Shown here: in pieces, positions 11,655-25,560 of the stretch
Layout of the letters: each line of letters begins with the position of its first letter
Numbering within the stretch: position 1 is the stretch's first letter
Assembly: GCA_028023455.1 (NCBI GenBank)
Contig: JAQFVV010000007.1
Coordinates: 15,376,001-15,440,000 of the forward strand
DNA length: 64,000 bases
Direction: 5' to 3'
From: Epiperipatus broadwayi
Lineage: Eukaryota > Animalia > Onychophora
The notes under the pieces: model-generated
What the model was told of the DNA's origin: nothing
The model's input: only the letters and a program-made list of their open reading frames with translations
Database searches by the model: none
Made by a program: the position numbers and the translations under genes

Positions 11655-12739
11655 AACTCATGGTAAGTAAATAGTCAAATGGCTTCTTTGCTTGAAAGTT
11701 CATAAGAAGCTCAAGAGTTGGATGTATCAGAACTGGAATCATTCTGAGGATATACACTCCAAAAACTGATACTTAATCACTGCACTAAACCATATAGGGT
11801 ACCATATCACCATAATCAAAGATTATTTACCTTTATAAAAAATGATAATTGTTCAAATACTATTACTTTTTTTTTAATTAATCAATTTAACAATGAGACA
11901 AAATTTTCATTTTTTTATATCTCAACAAAATGCATTCTAGTCATCGTTGTCTTCTTCTTCTTCGTCTTCATCTTCTTCTTCTTATTATTATTATTATTAA
12001 TGAAAGTCTTTATTAATATGCCTTTATTTATATAGAATGCTTTTAGAGAGTGCATAAAATTACTTTATACATCTTAAGAAATCGAAATGGCGTTATTTTT
12101 TAAAAAGTAAAAAATTCAGAAAGTTTATATCAGATTTAGAAATGTGGTTGGCATATTTAATTTTTAATATGCTAATTAGATAAATGATTTTCCAAAACTT
12201 AAAAGTGCGTAAATGTAATTGTTGTAAATATTAATTATGTTAAATATTTTTCAATTCTAAAGGAATATCGGGTGATCGCACAAATTTAAATCATTGTGAA
12301 TAAAACTACCAAAAATATAAAATACCTTGACAGCTGTCGTCTGCTATATAATCTTAATAATAAAACAACGACGCCATCTAGTTTTAAAATATATCACCGC
12401 AGATTCATTTTAAAATGCTTTTATATATACTACAGATCAAAATAAATGATAATAAATTATACTTTTATTTAAAAAAAAAAACAGTTTTAATTTGCGGTAT
12501 TAAAAAAATTACTAGGAGAATATATTGGTGTATATATATAAAAGATCAATTAAGTCCCATAAAATAACTATTAGCTCATCAATAAAAAAATAAATTTGAA
12601 ATTTAATATATATTTTTTAAAAAAAAAAATTCTTTCCAATTTCCAAAAGATGAAAAATAAGCAAAAGAGCGATTGGTGATGTCTATGTAAGTTGTTCGAG
12701 CAGGAAATTAGCTCATTAATAATTAATGAAAGCGCAACC

Positions 12740-12795
12740 AAATGCGCGCATGTGCTGTAAAAGCAGGATAGCTTGTTGTAAAGTTAACATGGCGG
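12740..12795 (+). promoter_or_regulatory. Housekeeping-type promoter/start context (NRF1-like and YY1-like motifs)
   Basis: TGCGCGCATGTGC at 12743-12755 and AACATGGCGGC spanning the ATG. CpG density is raised from about 12.1 to 16.8 kb. Confidence 0.5.
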
Positions 12796-12876
12796 CAGGG
12801 AGGTTGTGTTTTAGGACTACGCTCTTTCTTTTAATTTTACTCCCTGGAATTATTCTATTTTCCTCAGCTAAACAAG
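12789..12876 (+). CDS. First coding exon of an unidentified secreted or membrane protein (signal peptide MAAGRLCFRTTLFLLILLPGIILFSSAKQ, phase 1)
   Basis: Good ATG context, then a basic n-region, a hydrophobic h-region and an S-S-A cleavage motif, ending at a consensus AAG|GTAAGG donor. The exon is 88 nt. Confidence 0.8.
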
Positions 12877-15800
12877 GTAAGGAAATTATTTAAAGCTATA
12901 TATATCATCATTTGCAGAAAAGCGCTATTTTTTCTTTAATTTTATGTTAACAACTAAATTAAAATGTTAATGTAAAATGCCTATACTCGGTCAGCATCTT
13001 GAACAGCTAAAACGAGTGTTGAACCGAATATCTAATGCTATGTTACTACGTACAATTTTAAATGATAACCCGAAAAAAATAAATATAAGTCCGTCGTTGC
13101 AAAAGGAGGAAAAAGTATTCTGCCCTTGATTTAAAGAGAAATCTTATTTATAGTTTTTTTGAAAATTATTCGATGGTGAAATGTTTATAATGAGTAGCGA
13201 AATCATGTGCTAATGGAATGATAAGCTGTTTGGGGGTAGTTTAAGTCAACGTGCATATTTGGATTGGTAGAGTAGATTGCTTTTTAAATGTCGGGTATGG
13301 GGGGAGATTGTTGTTTTTTTTAATAAAAAAAAAATCTTAAGGATTCCCTTGTACATTATTTATCCTGGATTTTAAAACTCAACGGATTTTACATCTTTTT
13401 TCATTCAATAGCGTTGATAAAATAAACACATTTTAATTATTGTTTGTGTTAATTAGGCCATAAATTGAAGACCTACGTTGTTTGCTGTAGAAAAAAAAAA
13501 TCGCTGTTTATCACCAAATATTTATACGGCTTGCGGTATAGGATCTACATTTAAATGTATTTGATAATTAATTTTTCTCCACGTAATTATGAAATTGACA
13601 TTTCTACGTTTTGATGTGTTTGTAATTTAAGATAGTTTGTTGTATGTGTGTGCGCGTATATATATATACAGCAAGAAAATATAAATATTTGTGCATAGCG
13701 CGCGTACACGGTTATATACGTACACACTCGTTAATATAGTAATTTCATATTCTGTATAGTATAAATACAATCCGTGCGAAATGTATTTCTTATAAAATAT
13801 TTAGTTTATATAGTTCCTACTAAATATTGTTAATGATATTGATCTTTTAATATGACTGTTGGAAAATTACTATTCACATATATTTTGTATAATTTGCTAA
13901 TAATAGTATTTAGTATTGATAAGTTTATTTGATAGTTGAGCATACATTTGGCAGAATAATTCTAGTGCTTAGTTTCCGAAATGTACCGTATTGTAAAAAA
14001 AAAAAGTAAATATAAAATAATGCTAATTCTTATAATTAGCAATTTGTTATAATTATTTTATTTTTAATGTGAACAGTTATACGAATAAAGCGAATCTTAG
14101 CACGTTTGGTTCTACGAACCCATTTTTGCCTTCTCCTGGGTATTTTACAGGTATCGATCGTTATGGCCGCCAACCTAACCACAAAAATAAATTTTTATTT
14201 ATACTGTTGGAGTTTTTGCTATTTTTATTGCTTCTTTCTTTGGTCATCTCATTTCTTGTTTATTATATTCCTGTTATCGTTATTTGATCTTTTGCCTTTT
14301 AATTACTAAGTGCGTACCTAATTTGTTTTGCGGATGTTTACATTGTATTTCATGTTGATTTGATAGATTGGTACCGCATTTGTAAACCTATCTATTATTT
14401 AAAAATCAAGGTTGAATAGAGATAGTACACATCTACAGTTAAAGATATGATTGATACTTGATTCCTAAGCATGCAAATCGTCTGAAAATAAGTAACGAGA
14501 GTACACTGTTAATCCTTAACAATCCTAGACACCCCTTCGGCAAAGAAATGTTGTCGCGCATTGTTGTGGCACGGAGATCGGTTTCAAGCTTCACACTAGA
14601 CCAGCAGATACAGCGAGAACAGTGTGTTAATCCAGCCGACCGGTACCTTGCCATGTGTTTGTGAATATTTCTAGCCTGAAGAAAAATACATTTTTTAGCC
14701 ATTTTTATGCCTCGATTGAAACATCGGTGATAAATTTATTCTGCATATTTTTATAACTAAACCGAAATGAAAGCGGGGATTGGCCGCAATCATTTCTTTC
14801 TAGCGGGAAGGGCCGCAGAAATTGCAGCTTAGTATTAGAAAATGGTTAATGAGCAGATGCATATTTTAGATTTCATACATGAATCTAATTAATAAATGTG
14901 TCGCAGACGGTCCTATTTTTCTCTCTTTTTATTTTTTTCACTAGAGTTACTAGCTGCTTATTTTAGTAAACTCTGAAATATAATTATGTAGATAATAGAT
15001 TTATAACCCCAGGCTGAATCCGAAGGTCACGCAACATTCTTACCAGTCATTGTCAATATGTCAACTCGTATATTTAAATATACAGACACAAATATATACT
15101 TACGTATATAGTGTACTGTTTTTAATAAATAATGATTATACGAGTTTTTTTCTGCATTAAACTTTTGTTCCGATGATTTTTAGTGTTAAAAAACTCTTTT
15201 TAATATTTGTATTGAAAATTTAAAGAAATAAAGATAAGCGTTTAATATAAATCTTATTTTTTTTTGTTTATTACAACAAAGATAGAATTTTCGTACTGTA
15301 TTTCCTGGAATAGTTTAAGGGCATTGGAAAACAATAATACTACCCAAACTGTCAAAATTGTGATTTAAATTCCCAAAGATGTTACAATTGTCGTTTTTTT
15401 CTCTCAAAGTAGTCCCTGCAGGCGAATCCTTCCCTACTGTCCTGTAACTTTTTTATTTTAATATATTTTTGGTTTGTACTTAGGGATATTATAAAATGGA
15501 TATTAAATGAATGCAGAAATCAGCTGATAAACTGAAGTGCTGACCTCTATTGGCCATAACTAAAATATATCCTATATACCGTTTTTTTACCCACTTATAA
15601 TGAGTGTAAAATACTTTCATATTTATTTCATTGTTAGTCTGTTAATAATATTAATCATTTAAAAACATATACACGAGATACATATAAATAAATGTTTGGA
15701 AAAAAAAAAGCTCCTTAAATAATAACTTATTGTGTTTATTTGTTTAGTTCGGAAATACTATCAATTAAGCTATCTTTAATTAGCCCGTCCCTTCCTTTCA

Positions 15801-17249
15801 TAATAATTATCCATGCATGTTTATACGTATTCGCAGTATTTACGCGTGTGTGTATGGATTACAGCTATTTTCAGTTTCCCATTAATGAGCTCTATCTCGT
15901 TAAACCATTCTCGTCGTTGATTGATGGGTCCAGGAAGTGGAACTTGGGGATTGAACGATTCCTGATTATAGATTGGAGTAAATATACGCAGACGCAAGTT
16001 AAAGCGCCTCACAGTGAAATGTCATTTTTTCTCCGAAAGCTGTACAAATGGTTTGTGAAACATCCACACAGCCTTTTCTAAAGGTAGAACAGGTTGTTTC
16101 TGAGGGGACTTCCCAGCGAAAGAGGAGACACCATACCTTCCCCTCCTTTTTTATTTATTTATTTATTTTTTATCGCTGCGTCAATGAACTAACCTGTTTC
16201 TCCCCTATCCCATTATAACTTAACGAACTCCTACTTGTAAAGGAAGAATTCAAAGGAGGAAAAAATTCTTTTAAAGCAGTGGACAGGTGTCGCAATGTTC
16301 CGCAGCATTTTGTAATCAATATTTGCTAAGTTTTCCATGTATTAGAATAGTTCTCTGATTTCTACTAACTGATAGATTCCCATTATTTTAATTGTTCATT
16401 TATTTTTATTAAAAAGATGGAAATGTTTATATCATAGTCTGTATTCTTAACAATATGTAAGATGTTTCTCTTCAATCTATCTTTTCTAACATATTTGATA
16501 TTATTTAAATAAAAAAAAATTTTTTTTTTAAAAATAGACCATCTTGGGAAGTTTTTTTTTTTTTGAAAATAGAATTTTATTAAAGAATAAAGAAGAGTTT
16601 AATCCGATATTATTATATCAAAATTGAAGGAATCATTTTAGATAACGCATAAACAATAGAGAAATGTTATATATGTAGGCACGTGTACTGACAAACTAGC
16701 ATATGTATATTTGTTAAAGATAACGCATATAAACCGCGATCAGTCTTTTGAACTTGCCGCTGATCATTATATATTCGATCGGAGACAATCCGACCTCTTT
16801 TATACTAATTGATTAAAATAATTCAAGTATCTCATCTTTAGGCGCATTTTTTTTTTTTTTTGAGCTAAAATTTTGACTACAAACTTTTTTTTAATATACC
16901 GTAATATTTCATCCAATCTTTGTGTGTGCTTGTGCAGATTTTATTCTATGGTATGCCTCTAAATATCGGAGCTTATTAATGATAAAGATGTAATCCTCAG
17001 ATAATAATATAAATTGAGTCCTGGTGGCTGTTAGAAATGGTCTTTAGGTGTTCTACATATTCTATTGCTTGCATGCACATCTGAACCAGCAGAGAATATG
17101 AGCCAAGTAATTTGAAGACTTCTCCAGCTAGTAACAATTATCGTTTATTAGATGCTTTTTGAGTTGGTAATCTTTTTCCAAAGTAGAATACATAAGTTTG
17201 TGTGTGTGTGTAAACATAGGTCATTATTTTTTTGAGACTAATCCAAATG

Positions 17250-18500
17250 AGATTGTCATCATTATTATCATAATTTAAACCATATTGATCACCTGTAAGA
17301 TGTTCCCAGAATCCAGTTTCTTTAATCTATAGCTATCCTTCTCTACATAGAAGATATTTTTTTGCATCTCATAATATAAATATGCAATATCCTCTTCAGC
17401 TTCTCTTTCCATCCATCACAGAGAAGCAATAAAAGATAAACATTATTTGATAGATTAATCATCTGACATTTGATGAATGTCTTCACAATTTTCCTGAAAT
17501 TATAGCTAATAATAGCTAGATATTAATAACTAGATACCCATTTGCTGATCATTAAATAATTGAATGGCTAATTGAATTGTCTGGACTGACTATCTGATTT
17601 CAAAAATTGCCTGAAATTCTAGATAAAATTTCTAAGTTCCCATCAGAGTATGGTAACTGTGGTTGATTTACTATAAGTAGATATCTATAAAGTGTTGTCC
17701 CCCCTTCAGTGTGTGGTTGCTTATTATTGTAATAGCCACTAATGTTTCAGCTATATTTCATTTGCAATTATCTGAATAATGAGTGATTAAGTTATTGCTA
17801 AAATCAGTGGTATTGAGAAAGCAAACTGCAGGTCACCCATAACGTAATTGAACTATTAGTTATTATATCAATTAAAAAAAAATAAGACAATAGTTTAAAC
17901 AAGGAATGGGTGGGGAGAGAAGGTAGCAGATGAATAATTTGGCAACTTTTTGTGTTTGGGTTATGTTTTTCAAAATGTTTCAGTGACTTTACAATTTTTT
18001 TAAGCTTATTTGTTTTAGATGTATCCATCTAAAACAAAATGATTATCCACCATTATTAATTCTAAATTTTATAAGGACAATGAAATTACATATTAGATGG
18101 AACAATTTGTTTCCCATTATGAACAATAGCCATCTATACTAACCAGACAATAGAGTTCATTTTATATAACAAAGCATATAAAAATCTCATAAATATCACA
18201 ATTTTCAAGTTGCTCTTTTTTTCTGCTATCAGGCCCTAATTACTATTTTTTTCATTGATCAAATAGAATTGTTTACTAGTTATCATTTAATACCTAATAG
18301 GTAGCAAAAGAAATTAATTAGCAAAACAATTGGTAATCTGAGCATTGATTCTTGAGACACTTTTCATGCTTTATTACATAGGTTATATAATATGATCTTG
18401 AATTTATCACAATTGAGAGTGTAAATATTAATTGGTTTACTTAAATACTAATCAAGATATTTTGCAATTAACATTACATTGTTATAATAAGCAATCAGCA
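17250..18500 (-). mobile_element. Highly decayed Penelope-like element relic
   Basis: Minus-strand fragments LIMVDNHFVLDGYI, TTLYRYLL and IKETG..EH resemble Penelope RT and GIY-YIG segments. The motif CTAGAT(A/T)(C/A)(C/T)CCATTT.CTGATCA recurs near 38260 and 52580. Confidence 0.4.
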
Positions 18501-20039
18501 TCATAGGAGAATCCAAAAACTATACACTTTTAATACTTTTACCATCACCTATTGCATATGTAAAATGCTGAAAAATATCATGATTTTATATCTTAGTTCT
18601 CAACTTTTAATTATGAAATATTTTAGGAGGGGCAGGCTAACAAACCAATGCTAATGATGGAATAACACTTGCATTGTGTGGATTAATGTGGTAGTAGGCT
18701 GATGGGCATTCCTATATCAAGCTTCAACCCATAATTTCTGGCTGTTCAATCTTCATATTATCTCCTGTGCAACAATTATTTGACTTTTTTCAGGCTTTTT
18801 GATTATGTTCAAGATAGTTACACTGGAGGCTTATTAATCACAAATGGTACTCTTTGCAGTTTAACACAGTGATAGACTGATAGACTCTGTGGTTGTTTAA
18901 ATCATCAATCTCTACAAGATATATATCTCTAAACCCACATTTTCCCATGCATGCACTCGTCACCATGTTAAAAGAAAAAGACTATCTGATCTAAAAAGGG
19001 TTTTAGGTCAAAGCTCAACCTCAGGATCTGACCAATCAAATTTTGGTACTTGAGACAATTTTGCACTCTTATATATAAATTTCCGTGCTGGACAAATCAC
19101 CGATAATAGTGTGTACAGTGATGCAGATTTGAATACGATTATTACTTATTTTCAATCAAATACATCTGTTAAAATATCTTCCATACATTTTCCAAAGTGA
19201 GCTCAGAAAATAATATATTCATAAATGAAAATAGAGCTCCCCATTATAATTAATTATTTTAAAGTCAATAAAATATGATGTAATATGCTATCCACAGACC
19301 ATCCTAATGAATTTTTAGTTTTTAAATATATATATTTTTTGTAATGCCAATCTTGTTATAGATTTATTTTTATTGTTCACTCCTTATATGTCTTTGCATG
19401 CGATTTAAATCGAGAAAGCTCGTTTTGTATTTTTTTTTATAAGGTATTTTGAATCGCGAGGTAAAAAATTTCAATTAAAATTGATTTATTAATTGAAGCT
19501 TTACAATTCTTTTATTAATATTTAACCACAGTCTGAAAAATGTTTCTGCAACGACCAAAGCCTAGTGGTTACAACAATACCGAGCCTCTCCGTCTTCCTT
19601 CACCATCTTTCAATTTTTCATATTGATAGAAAATAGAAAACTAGATTCGTCTAAAGAAACATCTGCTGAGCTGAATATCACTTGAGATATTTATAAAAAA
19701 TTTAAAACATATTCTGAATTGAAATATATATGAATTTTTAAGTCAAAGGCTATATTAACTATTAATCACCTTTAAAATTATAAGTGCATTAAATATGTGC
19801 GTACATTACGTAAACGCGTGTGTGTGTATATATATGAATTTTGTAATTATTGCCAAACATTTTATTCTTTTTCTTTCAATCTTGTTTTTTTTCCCTGGAG
19901 TTAAACTTGTTTTCGAATAATTGCTAATAGTGAAGGGTAATGATGAGTTGATTAAATGCCTCAGATTTTCTACCTGTAGTAATAATACTACCTGAGTAAT
20001 AACACTTCCTGTCATTCCATTAGGTAGAAGCTATATGAT

Positions 20040-20820
20040 GAGGGATACATTTTAATGGAAGGCCAACTAATTTCAAACAATGTTTTAATCCTATTCAGTT
20101 AAGGATCAAATGCCTTCCTCAAATCAATAAAAATAATATATAAATCACTCTTGTTTCTAACCCAAGATTCATTTGCTGGACAATAAAACCATATTTATAC
20201 TGCTTTCTCATTCTCTAAACTTACATTCCTTGAAAATACTTTTGCTGTAGTGGATAATAATATTTCATGATACTGCAATCTTATCTAAAATTAAGGAGTA
20301 ATTGAAGTATTCTTCAGATCATAACTTCATGGATCTATATATGTAAAAAAAATCCATAGTTTTTTCCAGATATTTCTTCAAGATGTTTCTTCAAGATGTG
20401 AAAACTTCCCAATTTTAAGATTATGAAGAGCTGTTTTATTGCTTCATTAAAGTGGATATCTTTTTCCAAATCATTAAACGTTATCATCTCATTTCTGGTA
20501 TCATTATTTAAAAGATGATCGAAATACTCTCACCTATTCAAAATACCATATCATTGTCATCATATAGAAGTGTCATTGCTGGATTTAACAGGATTGTGAT
20601 ACTATTTTCCACATTTATATGTCATTTTTAATGCATTGAAAAAATATTTAGAAGGATCATGATCAGTGATTGTTTGAATCTTCATTGCAATTTTAGTTGA
20701 CCAATCATTTTTAAGCTGCCTTATCAGTTGTTAATCTCTGCCTTCAGATCTCTGAAGTTCCATTTTCATTTTATTATTCTACAATAAAATCTGGTATTAA
20801 ACAGAGATATGTACTCGCTC
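20040..20820 (-). mobile_element. Decayed LINE RT relic
   Basis: The reverse complement near 20110-20145 gives IYIIFIDLRKAFD (RT motif). The surrounding frames are broken. Confidence 0.5.
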
Positions 20821-21480
20821 TAACATTGTTTTCAATTTTTATATATATTTTTTTGGAATTGCTTATGTGCAACTTATTGAAACAGGAATAAGAGATGATG
20901 TAGGGTAGAATTTTTAATTTAAATTGTTTAAAATTAAAACAAGAACTACTGATTCAAGTTGGCATAGTGGTAAAGTAATTGTGAAGGAAGTTTTATGACA
21001 GAAATTAAAAAACATTGCAAAATATCAAACAGAAAAATGGACTGTGATATACTTATCATATGTGGACATTTATGCTTCACTAATCATTGCAAAACTAATT
21101 TTTAGAGTATATTTTTTCCTTTCTTGGAGTTACAATGGCCATACTGGTTTACGAGTCACTATTATATGTGTATATATATGACAAGTTGGTAGTGATGTGT
21201 TCAGCTGACAGTAATTTTTTATCTACTGTAGAACTAATTAATATGCTCTCTCATCAAATTATTTATTTTCAGTTTCTCTTATTTTCAGATATTATAAATA
21301 ATTGTGAAAACTTAAATAAAAAATGAAACTATAGATCATTTTCTAATATATGTAGGTTTAAGAATGCAATAATAGGATAGGAAGTAGGGAGTTGTTGGTG
21401 AGCTTTCTCAAGGATCAGGCAATATAACATTTTTTTTTCTTTTACAATAATTTCATCAAAAAAATAAATAAATCTCTATG

Positions 21481-21712
21481 AATCCAATTTATCCAAATCA
21501 CTTTGAACATTTTTTAACAAAAACCTTTTATTGTACATGTATACACATACACCTACATTTCAACTGTCTCACAGTCTTCTTAAGAGCAATATACATCTAC
21601 ATTTGACTCTGAAGAAGACAGCACGACAGTTGAAATGTAGGTGTATGTGTATATATGTACAATAAAAGGTGTTTGCTAAAAAATGTTCAAAGTGATTTGG
21701 ATAAATTGGATT
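21481..21712. repeat. Inverted repeat with ~88-bp arms and a ~56-bp spacer
   Basis: AATCCAATTTATCCAAATCACTTTGAACATTTTT...CCTACATTTCAACTGTC (21481-21568) mirrors GACAGTTGAAATGTAGG...AAAGTGATTTGGATAAATTGGATT (21625-21712). Confidence 0.9.
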
Positions 21713-24700
21713 TATATAAGATATTACAGCAAAAATAAAGGAAAAGGTGATTTTGGAAATAAATCTATGAATAATCCTCTCCATCCTTCAGCTCATGTAT
21801 ATGAATAATACTAGATATTTTAAGATAAACAATTTTTATTAAATTATATTCTTACATTTGGACTTGCTTATGATATATGTTAAAGGAATTGAAACAGATA
21901 ACAACTAAGGACAATCAAAGGCCAAACATATTTATATATTGGTGTAATAAAATATGGATTAGTATTTTGTCTTGAGTTGCACTTGTTAATAAATTGCACA
22001 TATCTCTTACTCCTCTTTGTAAATATGGGACAAAAGAATCCAAAAATAGCATGATATTTGAGAAGCCCTCCTTAAAATTTTATTTAAGAGATCATAAATG
22101 TGTAAGAGACTAGTAGTCTTAAATGTGTTAAAACAGTTTGAAATCAATATTCTACATAAGATCCACCATATGCATTAGATATCCCATATTTAAAGAATTA
22201 ATATGATCTAAATTAAAGAAGAAAGGCTTTGATTTTTAGTTTTTTTTTTTTATGATTTCATTTAGTACTAGTGTATCAACATACCAGTTATTTTTTATTA
22301 TTTTTATCTGTTCAATTTAAATTTTGATTTTTCACTAATTAAGTTATCAATATTTGTTTATAGGAAGATGTGTTTAGTTTTTATTTATAAGAAGTTATGT
22401 AATGTCATTATGATTCACCGTATATATATAAGTGTCTGCCAACTTATTTTGGAGGAGTGATGTCTGACCAGATTATTTTAAGCTTATTTATATATATTAC
22501 CAATAATTAATAAATCTAAAAGACAGTGCAATAATATAATCATAATTTCCAACTATTATTGATCCATTTCTGGTTGAAGTCTCTCCCATGTTTAATCCAC
22601 TTTCTCTAACTCCTTAGCCTTTTCTCCGCATCATACAAGCAAACTTCTTATTTCATTTATCCATCTCACATGTGGTCAATTTCTAGAACTTTTATGTTCT
22701 CTTGAAACTGTGATACAATACAGGTAATAATATTACCAATAATTTTAATTTGATATCAATGTCAGGTTCATCCCTATTCTTTTTTTTGCATTTGTTGAGT
22801 TATTTTGGTTTATTTATTTATCTTCATGCATTATGATTAACAAGAATAAAAGGAAATGGGATGGATGATTAAATAAGATGAAACAAATTGAGTAGAAACC
22901 TTCATATAGAGCGATCCCTCCACTGATGCAAAAAAACTATATGCAGAAACTTTACATTAAGTAAAAAGCACTTACGTATCTGTAAGTATAATGTATATTT
23001 ATCAAAATATCAGTGCATGTATATATTATCTAATTAAGTAGTCATACAAGATATCATTATACTGCTTCCTGCATTGTTTTGCTTCAGCATGAGGCAACTC
23101 CACAAATATTGGTATCAACTCTCAGATGATCCTAAGTGTCTTCAAACTGTGATCAAGGCAATCTTGTATTAATGCAAAAGTGGAAATCTACCTTTCTCTA
23201 TGATTTAAGATTATTATAGAAGAAAAGTGGTTATCCACCTTTTTCATTAATAAAAGATTGTCTTGATAGCAGATTGAAAATTTTTGGTATTGGATAGGCA
23301 GCGGCTAAACTAATCTAACATTGAGCAAATATATGAGTATTTTTTTTGCATTTCTGCATATTGATATTATGATTACAGACATTACCCATAGTTATAAAAA
23401 TAAAAATATCCATCATGAATTTCCTAGAGAGTATTTCACTTAAAGGGCCATATTCCTTTATAAAATGACCACAGTTGCTGATTTCACTCAATTAACTTTT
23501 TTAAAAATATGTAGCCTTTCCATTCATTAGCCAACATTAGTGTAATGAACATTAGAGTATTTTAATTGACCACTAGAAAAATGGTTCCACAGATTTTGAA
23601 ATGAAAATTAGTCAGGATTTAAGAATATATTTTAAAAATGTATAACAAGAAAGAAGATTATATATGATGTTTTATATATTCTCTTCATACTCCAAAAAGA
23701 GTCTTCACAATGAATCTATTATTGTTGTCAAGATTGTAAACGTTAATGAAGGATTTATTATTAAAAAGTGAGAATGCTCACATATTCATAATTTGTTTAA
23801 TGGACTTCACTCATCATAGGACACATATCTACCAACTATTGTTTTCCTATCAGGACAATCAATAGTTACATTTTCAATTTCAACTTTGTGTGCTATTTGT
23901 TTCTTATATAATGTTGACTTATGATGCTGTGCATGGTATTACGATGATACATTTAGAAGGGAAAGCAATCTATCTAGCTAAAATTAGATCCAAGCTTATT
24001 TTCAGTGCTTGTATGTCACACGACTTCCTACCATTTGTTTATAATTATTTTTTTTTAAATGCTTTTATTTAACATAAAAACTGTTGGTTTGGCTCTATTG
24101 AGGAGATTTTCTTCAAATCTTGAATATGTTTTAGTCTAATGACAATGCATTATTTTGGGATTGTTCAGCTTAACAGTGTTAGTGGGCCACATTTCAAACT
24201 ATGTTCAAAATTGGTTCAGTAAATGTTAGTATATTTTTAAAAAAATGTGATTTCATAGAATATTAAAAAGCCTTTACAGTTAATTAAAATAGAAACAGAA
24301 ATGAATAATAAAATTTTAATTTCTCTTCATTGTTGAACTAAAACTAACTTTTTTTTTAAAATACTGCCCTATGAAGACAGACTTCTTGTATGTTTTTTTA
24401 ATGTGCACAAATTTTATTTCAAATATTGGAAATATGGTGGTGACATTTAGATTTTTAGTTTTTAAATTTGAATATAAATAGTTACAAAAAGTCAATTGTA
24501 AAATGTCTGCATACTAAAAAATAAATAACCTATATTAAAAATATTTGTAAAAAAATACTTATTTACTTTGATGAATTATGTGTTAAAAAAAAAAACAAAA
24601 AAACAACAACAAAACAATGTTGGTTGTTATAATAATTATTTGAAATAAAAATGTGGGGCATCTATAAATCAATTAAATCTCTAGATTTTCACCTTTGTTA

Positions 24701-24786
24701 AATTACATGTAATAACCAAAATTGTCATTAAAGAAATGTTTTTTTTTTGTTTTTTAGTACTTTACTCTTTAAACTAAATAAAAGCA

Positions 24787-24902
24787 GTCAAGCGTTGTAA
24801 GCCAGAGATCATCAGAGCCGCCTTGCAAGCAAGTAGTTGGTTGCAGACGGTTGTGGGGTCATGGGGTCGCGTCCTGGCCGATGCTATGACATATGGAAAA
24901 AA
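24787..24902 (+). mobile_element. tRNA-Gly-derived short SINE with A-tail and 16-bp target-site duplication
   Basis: The TSD AAACTAAATAAAAGCA lies at 24771-24786 and 24903-24918. The ends GTCAAGCGTTG...GGCCGATGCTATGACATAT match the 55128 copy. Confidence 0.8.
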
Positions 24903-25299
24903 AAACTAAATAAAAGCATTTTTAATAAAATATTTTTTATATTAGTGATTTAACATTTTAAAGTTCGCAATTATAATTATACTATTAGCAGTATGTATAT
25001 ATTATATATAGGTAGGATACAGTAATTTTGTCTCTACAATTTGATAATTTCTATTTATTTTTTTAAAATTCAGGCATAATTAGAAAAGGTTTTTAACATT
25101 TCAATAGATGCTGTACCATAATCTTAGCATAGAGTTAAATTTTGAAGTAAGATTTTTATTAAATCTTAAATACATGTTAAAATATAATAAATTATTGTAA
25201 AAGTAAAATTAAAGTAAAAAAAAAAAAACATATTTGAGTAAATAATATTTCTGTCATGTAATTTTAGTAATTGGCTATCTATATATAGCGAACAATGAT

Positions 25300-25560
25300 A
25301 AAGACGTGTATGAAATTGGGCCAACTGATGAGTTCTGGTTCAGCATGAAATACACATCTTTGGGGATCATAGACCTTTTTCACATGTCTTTGGTCATATG
25401 TTTATAATTACATTCCCTCTACAAGGTGTTAAAAGTGAATAGATGACAATCCTTCTTGCATGAGAATGGTGTAGTGAAAATTGTACTACATAACTATTAT
25501 CTATTAAGTGGATAATCTCTAGTCTAATGAATGATTAATAATAATTATTAGTATTCAAGT
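25300..25560 (+). repeat. Dispersed repeat family F1 copy
   Basis: Shared core ...CTTTTTCACATGTCTTTGG...AAGGTGTTAAAAGTG(G/A)ATAGA...GAGA.TGGTGTAGTGA. Other copies at about 27150, 35655(-), 43890(-), 53065, 58925 and 63880(-). Confidence 0.8.

Noticed and set aside
14069-14287. Small viral-type membrane protein or endogenous viral element
   Set aside because: It has a GTG start, its hydrophobic half comes from a T-rich intron-like tract, and there are no neighbouring viral genes.
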